Of a stretch of 12,466 nucleotides of DNA, positions 1 to 5,691 are shown one piece after another; position 1 is the stretch's first letter; each line of letters begins with the position of its first letter. A program made the translations under genes and the position numbers. Origin of the DNA: Pseudobacteriovorax sp. (lineage in GTDB: Bacteria > Bdellovibrionota_B > Oligoflexia > Oligoflexales > Oligoflexaceae); assembly GCA_050293845.1 (NCBI GenBank), contig JBNKNM010000169.1, forward strand, positions 1 through 12,466, in the 5' to 3' direction. The notes beneath the pieces are model-generated. The model had not been told where the DNA came from, ran no database searches, and worked only from the letters and a program-made list of their open reading frames with translations.

Positions 1-21
1 CCCAAGTACGCTAACATTCAT
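1..21 (-). CDS. 5' end of a gene running off the left edge (MNVSVLG...), possibly the first strand of a Rossmann-fold dehydrogenase
   Basis: Minus strand reads GAGGGG (34-29), a 7-nt spacer, then ATG AAT GTT AGC GTA CTT GGG. Only 7 codons are visible, so the product is a guess from the M-x-V-x-V-L-G pattern. Confidence 0.5.
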
Positions 22-95
22 GACGAATCCCCTCAAAATTAGGTTTTTGTAGTAACCTCATAATACCACTTCGTGGCATTTGAGGTGGATTCATC
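22..95 (-). promoter_or_regulatory. Structured leader with alternative stems (anti-SD versus anti-anti-SD)
   Basis: Minus-strand segment 95-79 (GAUGAAUCCACCUCAAA) pairs with 37-22 (UUUGAGGGGAUUCGUC), which contains the SD. Part of it can instead form the hairpin 86-55, ACCUCA-AAUGCCAC-GAA-GUGGUAUU-A-UGAGGU. Confidence 0.5.
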
Positions 96-135
96 CCATT
101 AGTGCCCTAAAGTATGCTTGTGGAACGAATAATCT

Positions 136-738
136 CTAGAATGACCACCCTAGACCTATATGTGTATAAAGCGAGTCAATATATTCTTCGATGTCTTCGA
201 TACTATCCTTAGATACAGAATCAAAGGAACTGTAGTTATTACTTTTTGAGAGCACTAGATTGGGTCCTGCAATGAATGAAAGTGACAGCCCATACCACTC
301 GATAGGTGTAAAGCCGATAGGCAGAAAGACAGATATCGTTTTAGAATTATATTCAACTGTGTCATCATTGTCTCGGTGGCCCTGTCTTTCAAAGTATTCA
401 AGTCCTAGACCTACCGAAAGTGCATCCCAAAAATAGTAACTCAGGTTTGAAGAGTAGTATTCCTTGGTTTTTACTCTCCAACCACTACGACTTTTAGATT
501 TTGGGATAATTATTCCAGCATTGGGTAAGCCTGCTTCAATTGTTGCTTCTATGTTTTTAAGGGGACGATATCTAATTTGGAAGGCTTGCCCTATATGCAA
601 AGCTAAGGGGCGCTTGGTCCTGATTTGATCTTGTGTAAGTTGGGGAGGCTTTTTTCCGCTAAAAAACTCATACGGTGACACACACCCTACCAAAGCGAAT
701 ATAGTGATTAGATAGAAATGCTCCTTATGCAATCGCAT
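136..738 (-). CDS. Hypothetical exported protein with a lipobox and an outer-membrane beta-barrel-like C-terminus
   Basis: 200-aa ORF. Basic and hydrophobic N-terminus ending in LVGC, several amphipathic beta-like segments (VGLGLEYF, LSLSFIAGP), and C-terminal YTHIGLGWSF ending in Phe. Confidence 0.7.
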   Translation of the reverse strand: MRLHKEHFYLITIFALVGCVSPYEFFSGKKPPQLTQDQIRTKRPLALHIGQAFQIRYRPLKNIEATIEAGLPNAGIIIPKSKSRSGWRVKTKEYYSSNLSYYFWDALSVGLGLEYFERQGHRDNDDTVEYNSKTISVFLPIGFTPIEWYGLSLSFIAGPNLVLSKSNNYSSFDSVSKDSIEDIEEYIDSLYTHIGLGWSF

Positions 739-928
739 CAGGGACTTTCAACTGGTAGTTGGGATATGCGACATTTGGATTTCAAAACTATCAATTTCCC
801 CCCCCCTAGTTCTAGTCATTATCTTTGATTTGGTCATTTCCCATAAGTTCTTTTTTGAAATTGTACTGCCAAGTGACAGTAAGATTCAATCGATTCCTGA
901 TGACAACCTGATTGGTCAATACACCAAA

Positions 929-954
929 TACTCGGCAAGAGTTGTCTTCCTTTA
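929..954 (-). promoter_or_regulatory. Possible sigma-28 (FliA) promoter facing the 136..738 gene
   Basis: Minus strand TAAA-N14-GCCGAGTA versus consensus TAAA-N15-GCCGATAA. The spacer is one base short. Confidence 0.3.
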
Positions 955-1305
955 AAATACAGAAAATTTCTAGATTACATAAAAAGTAAGATTTAAAATT
1001 ATTATTTTTTCTTTTAAAGTCTGAGATAGCTACCTGTGTAAAAAAATCTGGCACTATGAGCTGAAAAAACCAAAATCTCATAGAGTTATATTATGAACCT
1101 CCTGTCGTGTGAGGTGAAATCGTAAATCCCATTGAAAACTGAAGATATCAATAAATAAATTAACGTTCCAAAAAACACTTTTTACAAAGAATTAAACCCT
1201 CCCGTTGCTGGTAAATGGAAATCATAGTTATAACTCCTGCAAATTTCATATCAAAATCTCCCCAACTAACTTAGCACTCATGGTTTGACCCTAAATCAAA
1301 TTGCT

Positions 1306-1332
1306 TAATTTTTTTGTTAACAAAGCCGAAAA
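1306..1332 (+). promoter_or_regulatory. Sigma-28 (FliA)-like promoter upstream of the DUF285 lipoprotein
   Basis: TAAT (1306-1309), N15, GCCGAAAA (1325-1332). One mismatch per box and correct spacing, about 50 nt upstream of the start codon. Confidence 0.55.
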
Positions 1333-1381
1333 TGTGTAAGGATCTTGAAAATGTTCTGCAAGTTAATTAGAGGAGTTTCAT

Positions 1382-2794
1382 TTGAGAATACTGATAATAT
1401 TCTATCTCGTCCTATGGGGATGCGGAACAGATACAGTCATCGATGAAGAGGCCCTTTCAGACTCCTTATCTACACCCGATAGCTCAGAAGCCAATCCTGA
1501 TAATGACTCATCAGGACAAGAAACAGAGCCTGAGGAAGATATTAATGATGAAACAGATGATGAAACAGATGATGGCCTTCTGAAAGTCAATAGTAAACAA
1601 GAGCTGGCCACTTTATTGCAAAGCGAATCCATACCTAGCAAGTTTAAGATAAACTTTACTGACTTAAGTAATCTGTATAATGAAGTCATCAAGGCCATAG
1701 ATCCTAACTTTGAAACTATAGTGGTATCCTCATGGGATGTGTCAGCTGTCACGGATATGAGTGGAACTTTTGCTAGTGCCAGTGCATTTAACCAATCCTT
1801 AGAGGAGTGGGATGTATCAAATGTCAAAGACATGAGCGGGATGTTTGCCAATGCTACTTCATTTAATCAAAACTTAAATAGCTGGGATGTTTCGCAAGTC
1901 TCGAACATGTCAGGAATGTTTACCTTTGCTCTCAAATTTGACCAGCCCCTCGATAACTGGAATGTCTCTCAAGTTACAAATATGGCTAATATGTTTGCCG
2001 GCGCAGTTGCCTTTAATCAAGAACTCAATAGTTGGAATGTCGGTAACGTGACGACTACTGAAGGCATGTTTTCCAATGCTAACTCTTTCAACCAAGCTCT
2101 TAATAACTGGAATGTCTCCAGTAATACCAATCTTTCCAACATGTTTGCCCTAGCCTTAGTTTTTGATCAAGATATTAGCAATTGGGATGTTGCTAAGGTC
2201 GAAAACATGAGCGGAATGTTTGCTGATGCAGTATCTTACAACCAAGCGTTGAATAATTGGAATGTCGCTGCAGTTACAACCATGGCCGATATGTTTGCAG
2301 GGGCCGCCTCCTTTAATCAAGCTCTCAATGCTTGGAACGTAGCTAATGTTACAAATATGGCAGCTATGTTTTCTGGCGCCGTATCTTTCAACCAAGCCCT
2401 TGACAACTGGAATGTTGCAAAAGTAGCTAATATGAGCGAGATGTTTTCCAGTAATCCTGTATTTAATCAGTCTATTAGTAGTTGGAATGTCTCTGCCGTT
2501 AAAAACATGGCGAGCATGTTTGCCAATGCCTCTTCCTTTGATCAAGCCCTCAATAATTGGAATGTCTCAAGCGTCGAGAATATGAATAGCATGTTCGAAG
2601 AGGCTACATTCTTTAATCAAGCTCTCAATAATTGGGATGTCTCGAATGTATTATTTATGAATAAGATGTTTGCTAACGCTACTTCTTTTAACCAAAACCT
2701 GGAAGCATGGAACGTTGCCAAAGTTAACGATATGGGTAATATGTTTGATGGTTCAGCAATGGCAGCGTCTCCTCCTTCATGGTACGTACCATAG
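1382..2794 (+). CDS. DUF285 / BspA-family surface repeat lipoprotein
   Basis: AGGAG RBS at 1371-1375 and TTG start. Lipobox LWGC, an acidic D/E/S linker, then tandem 25-aa repeats of type W[ND]VSxVxNMxxMFxxAxxFNQxL. Confidence 0.92.
   Translation: MRILIIFYLVLWGCGTDTVIDEEALSDSLSTPDSSEANPDNDSSGQETEPEEDINDETDDETDDGLLKVNSKQELATLLQSESIPSKFKINFTDLSNLYNEVIKAIDPNFETIVVSSWDVSAVTDMSGTFASASAFNQSLEEWDVSNVKDMSGMFANATSFNQNLNSWDVSQVSNMSGMFTFALKFDQPLDNWNVSQVTNMANMFAGAVAFNQELNSWNVGNVTTTEGMFSNANSFNQALNNWNVSSNTNLSNMFALALVFDQDISNWDVAKVENMSGMFADAVSYNQALNNWNVAAVTTMADMFAGAASFNQALNAWNVANVTNMAAMFSGAVSFNQALDNWNVAKVANMSEMFSSNPVFNQSISSWNVSAVKNMASMFANASSFDQALNNWNVSSVENMNSMFEEATFFNQALNNWDVSNVLFMNKMFANATSFNQNLEAWNVAKVNDMGNMFDGSAMAASPPSWYVP
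1545..1574 (+). repeat. 12-bp tandem repeat (ATGATGAAACAG x2.5) in the acidic linker
   Basis: Exact copies at 1545-1556 and 1557-1568 plus a partial copy. Encodes DETDDETDD. Confidence 0.85.
1727..2746 (+). repeat. 75-bp coding tandem repeat, 13 full units plus 1 partial
   Basis: Trp codons fall exactly every 75 nt from 1733 to 2708 (14 Trp). Units are diverged at the DNA level. Confidence 0.92.
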
Positions 2795-2941
2795 AATATA
2801 TTCAGTTTCCTCGCCTTTTGGTTTTATCATGCTTTGCTGGAATACTCCCACTATAACGGAGACGACCAAAGGTAGTCGCGGCTTAGTGGGAGATGGATAG
2901 GCTATTATGATCCGAGTGAAAGCGAGGTGAGCAATCTTTTC

Positions 2942-2970
2942 TTGACATCCATACAAATGTTCAGTATTCG
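2942..2970 (+). promoter_or_regulatory. Sigma-70-like promoter inside the element
   Basis: Perfect TTGACA (2942-2947), 17-nt spacer, weak -10 TATTCG (2965-2970). The ATG at 2974 has no SD, so the mRNA would be leaderless or nearly so. Confidence 0.4.
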
Positions 2971-2973
2971 TGA

Positions 2974-3231
2974 ATGAAATCAGATTATCCTAAACTCAAG
3001 AAAAAAGGGAAAAGGGAGGTTGGTATTAGATTTCCTTCTCTTAAGGAAGGAACTATCGAGTATGATAAAGACTCTAGAAGAAAGGCGTGGGTCACACTTC
3101 CAAAGATAGGAAGACTACGCTTTGTCTCATCAAGACCCTTTTCTGGAAAAAACATCTTAGAAAAGGCGTTTGGTGCAACCGTCCCAAATGCTTTGCAGGG
3201 TGAAAATCCTGATAAGAATCCCCCACTATAG
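2974..3231 (+). pseudogene. tnpB: tnpB remnant (85 aa, in-frame internal deletions, no RuvC or zinc finger)
   Basis: YPKLKKKGK..IRFP and VTLPKIGRLRFVSSRPFSGK resemble the TnpB N-half motifs (PxFKKK..FRFP; LPKIGxxxF..SRP..GK). They are fused directly to NILEKA...KNPPL*, which is typical of the extreme TnpB C-terminus running into the right-end hairpin. Confidence 0.8.
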
Positions 3232-3258
3232 CGAATGCTTAGTGAAGGGAGGTTTCAA
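3150..3258 (+). ncRNA. Candidate omega/reRNA scaffold at the element right end (5' boundary unknown)
   Basis: TnpB guide RNAs are known to overlap the tnpB 3' end and right end. Small stems are present here (TTTGG..CCAAA 3169-3188, CAGG..CCTG 3196-3211), plus the terminal hairpin. Confidence 0.4.
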
Positions 3259-3279
3259 TTCTGGAGGAGTGTAGACCCC

Positions 3280-3936
3280 ATGTTTAGTTTAAAGCAAGAT
3301 ATCCAGTCCATATTGAACCGTGCAGGCCATCGTTCCCTAGACCCGAAGGTTTTAGCTGCATTCGAGCAGGTGCCGCGTCATAAGTTTGTATCAACACAGC
3401 ACCAGGTATTAGCCTATGAAGATCACCCTCTACCCATCGGCTATGGGCAAACCATTTCGCAACCTTCGTTAGTAGCCGCGATGACAGCTTTACTGGAATT
3501 AAGCTCCATGTCAAAGGTGCTTGAAATTGGCACGGGTTCGGGATACCAGGCAGCTATTTTAAGCTTGTTAGCAAAACAAGTCATCAGCCTAGAAGTCGTT
3601 GCCCCCTTAGCTGACAGCGCGCGGCAGAGACTAGCAGAATTGGGATACACGAACGTTAGTGTAGTCGAGGGTGATGGGAATTGTGGCTATGCAAGCGAAG
3701 CCCCCTATGATGCTATCATCGTAACAGCAGCAGCAACGGCAATCCCTCAAGCGCTCCGGAATCAGCTCAAAGTGGGAGGCCGGCTGCTTATCCCTGTGGG
3801 ATTACGCCATAGCACCCAGGATCTTTGTCTGTTAACTCGACTGAATGATGACCATGATAAGCTGGAAAAGCTGCTTAGAGTTTCCTTTGTCCCCTTTACG
3901 AAAACTGCAGAGCAGGAGGATTCACAAGAGTTCTGA
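3280..3936 (+). CDS. pcm: Protein-L-isoaspartate(D-aspartate) O-methyltransferase
   Basis: Motifs VPRHKFV, AYEDHPLPIGYGQTISQP, VLEIGTGSGYQAA, APYDAIIVTAAA, LKVGGRLLIPVG, VSFVP. Start moved from 3235 to the ATG at 3280 because the RBS GGAGGAG is at 3263-3269 and 3235 lies inside the IS right end. Confidence 0.95.
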   Translation: MFSLKQDIQSILNRAGHRSLDPKVLAAFEQVPRHKFVSTQHQVLAYEDHPLPIGYGQTISQPSLVAAMTALLELSSMSKVLEIGTGSGYQAAILSLLAKQVISLEVVAPLADSARQRLAELGYTNVSVVEGDGNCGYASEAPYDAIIVTAAATAIPQALRNQLKVGGRLLIPVGLRHSTQDLCLLTRLNDDHDKLEKLLRVSFVPFTKTAEQEDSQEF

Positions 3937-3953
3937 GCTTGGCTTGCTCAGAA
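3931..3953. terminator. Hairpin between convergent pcm and hldE (possible bidirectional terminator)
   Basis: TTCTGAGC-ttggctt-GCTCAGAA, a perfect 8-bp stem overlapping the pcm stop. No clear U-tract. Confidence 0.5.
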
Positions 3954-3970
3954 ATGGCAGCTGGTACCAC

Positions 3971-5467
3971 CTAAGAGAGTGGCACACCTTCCTCTGTCTT
4001 GACCCTACTAATAATTTCCGATGTTGATAAACCTGGCACAACAGGGATTCTTTCTACTGCTCCCCCCATCTTTTGCACAAATGTAGCTCCCACAATTTCA
4101 TGAAGCTCATAGTCCGCTCCCTTGACCAAAATATCCGGGCATAGCAGGTTGATCAATTGCTCAGGAGTATCCTCTGAAAAACTGGTTACATAGCTGACAC
4201 ATTCTAAGCCGGCGAGCAAAGACATGCGTTGTTCACAGGGAACAATAGGACGCGATTTACCTTTTAAACGTCGTACAGAATCGTCTGTATTCACCCCAAC
4301 GATGAGAAGATGTCCCCGCGAGCGGGCTTCTTCAAGATAGCTTAAGTGACCAGCATGGAGCAAATCAAAGCAACCGTTAGTGAATACGATTTTTTTGTTT
4401 TCCAGTCTCGCTTGTTCGAGATTGGCCACAAGCTCTTGGGTTGAGGCTATTTTACCTCTGGTGGCAGACCAACCAAAACTATTTCGGTTCCCCTTTTTTA
4501 GCACTCCCAATAGCTCCGATCTGAGGATCGGTTGGGTGCCCCACTTTTCCACAACACAGCCAGCAGCCAAGTTTGCCAGATTCATAGCGCCATCCAGGGG
4601 TAACTGACAGGCGAAGCCCAAAGACATTAAGGCTACTACGGTGTCTCCGGCTCCTGAGACATCAAATACTTCCCGTGTCTGAGCTTTCAGGCGAAAATAC
4701 TGCCCCTTTGCATTACGACCGAGCATACCATCTGCTCCCAGGGTAATGAGAATATTCTTGATTTGATACCGTTCGTGTAATTGTTCTGCTAATTGCTCAA
4801 CAGGTATATCGGTGCTCATATCCAAGCCCAGAGCCTCGCAAGCCTCCTTCCAATTAGGAGTGATAAGGTCAGCACCTCGATAGCCTGTATAGTCTTTGCC
4901 TTTTGGGTCGACAATCACAGGGATACCTTTTGCCTGAGCCAGGTCGATGATCTTTTTAAGAAATGGTTCCGGTAGGCAACCCTTACCATAGTCACTTATC
5001 AGTAGCGCTTGGGGATGCAAGGCTTGGAGGTTTTGGAAAAGCTCCTGTTGGAGTAGGCTGTCAATGGGGCCTACCTCTTCCCAGTCGATCCGTGCCAGCT
5101 GCTGATGATTAGCGGTAATGCGCGTTTTGCGTATTGTGGGTCGCGTGCCATCGGTTAATATATGTCGCACATCCACACCGTCTTTCCTTAGAATATGGCG
5201 TAGCTGATCTCCCGCCCCATCATTACCGGAAACCCCTACCAAAGAGCAGTGGCCACCCACTAGCTGAATATTTCTAGCGACATTGGCCGCGCCTCCCGCT
5301 GTGCTCTTAGTATTTTTGACTAAGTGTACCGGGACAGGAGCTTCTGGAGAAATGCGATTGACAACACCATCAAGATACTCGTCTAAAATGATGTCCCCAA
5401 TCACGGCTATGGAAATAGGGGTCCGATCCCAAGGTAGTTGACTATCGCTTCCAATTTTCATGTGCAA
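3971..5467 (-). CDS. hldE: Bifunctional D-beta-D-heptose-7-phosphate kinase / heptose-1-phosphate adenylyltransferase
   Basis: Kinase motifs VIGDIILDEY, RISPEAPVPV, GGAANVA, SDYGKG, VDPKG, DVSGAGDT. Transferase motifs VFTNGCFDLLHAGH, VGVNTDDSVRRLKG, VKGADY. GAGGAG RBS; the start is either TTG 5467 or ATG 5461. Confidence 0.96.
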   Translation of the reverse strand: MHMKIGSDSQLPWDRTPISIAVIGDIILDEYLDGVVNRISPEAPVPVHLVKNTKSTAGGAANVARNIQLVGGHCSLVGVSGNDGAGDQLRHILRKDGVDVRHILTDGTRPTIRKTRITANHQQLARIDWEEVGPIDSLLQQELFQNLQALHPQALLISDYGKGCLPEPFLKKIIDLAQAKGIPVIVDPKGKDYTGYRGADLITPNWKEACEALGLDMSTDIPVEQLAEQLHERYQIKNILITLGADGMLGRNAKGQYFRLKAQTREVFDVSGAGDTVVALMSLGFACQLPLDGAMNLANLAAGCVVEKWGTQPILRSELLGVLKKGNRNSFGWSATRGKIASTQELVANLEQARLENKKIVFTNGCFDLLHAGHLSYLEEARSRGHLLIVGVNTDDSVRRLKGKSRPIVPCEQRMSLLAGLECVSYVTSFSEDTPEQLINLLCPDILVKGADYELHEIVGATFVQKMGGAVERIPVVPGLSTSEIISRVKTEEGVPLS

Positions 5468-5524
5468 ATTAGCTCCTCATGATTCCTAGTATCCTCTTTT
5501 TCCCTACAAGGACAACGAATGCAA

Positions 5525-5592
5525 GTCAAGAATATGACGCCTTTCAGCAATTCGTCAGTGCTTTGACTATGACATAATGGCAATTTTTTGGC
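5525..5592. promoter_or_regulatory. Upstream activator sites GTCA-N6-TGAC (FleQ/FlrA-like)
   Basis: GTCA-AGAATA-TGAC 5525-5538, GTCA-GTGCTT-TGAC 5554-5567, and degenerate GGCA-ATTTTT-TGGC 5579-5592. Confidence 0.65.
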
Positions 5593-5632
5593 AGCAATTT
5601 TCTTTTCTATATGTTTACAGGATTATAGCTGG

Positions 5633-5648
5633 TGGCATACAACTTGCT
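5633..5648 (+). promoter_or_regulatory. Sigma-54 (-24/-12) promoter of the flagellar operon
   Basis: TGGCAT-ACAAC-TTGCT matches TGGCAC-N5-TTGCW, 43 nt upstream of the ATG at 5692. Confidence 0.85.
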
Positions 5649-5691
5649 TAGTTAGAATTTGCCGATCTATTTGACTTAGCGACTGAGGACT

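Larger units (their letters stand above)
2828..3258 (+). mobile_element. Non-autonomous IS200/IS605-family element (PATE/MITE-like, internally deleted tnpB, no tnpA)
   Basis: Left hairpin CTCCCACTA (2845-2853)...TAGTGGGAG (2884-2892). Right end GAAT-CCCCCACTATAGCGAATGCTTAGTGAAGGGAGGTT-TCAA (3216-3258). Both ends share CCCACTATA and GCTTAGTG. A TnpB-like ORF lies between them and TTTAT sits immediately 5' (2823-2827). The right boundary is firmer than the left. Confidence 0.85.

Noticed and set aside
812..1081. 89-aa minus-strand ORF
   Set aside because: Composition is like translated AT-rich intergenic DNA, there is no recognisable motif, and the nearest AGGAGG is 16 nt from the ATG. It cannot be fully excluded.
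1727..2746. 75-bp periodicity as a CRISPR array or a DGR template/variable repeat
   Set aside because: Units are degenerate at synonymous positions and fully coding. There is no identical repeat plus unique spacer, no adenine-specific pair, and no cas or RT gene.
1402..2900. Shadow ORFs 1402..1851, 1910..2095, 2156..2545 and 2670..2900
   Set aside because: Antisense or out-of-frame products of the DUF285 repeat gene. The last one runs into the IS left end.
3235..3279. ORF-track N-terminal extension of pcm
   Set aside because: It starts in the IS right-end hairpin. The SD at 3263-3269 supports the ATG at 3280.
3284..4975. Short ORFs overlapping pcm and hldE
   Set aside because: They overlap well-supported conserved genes and have no motifs of their own.
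5342..5349. TTCTGGAG match to the putative TnpB guide inside hldE
   Set aside because: Only 8 nt and not preceded by TTTAT, so expected by chance.
5661..5668. GCCGATCT as a sigma-28 -10 box
   Set aside because: No TAAA-like -35 at 15-nt spacing, and the sigma-54 element already explains this promoter.
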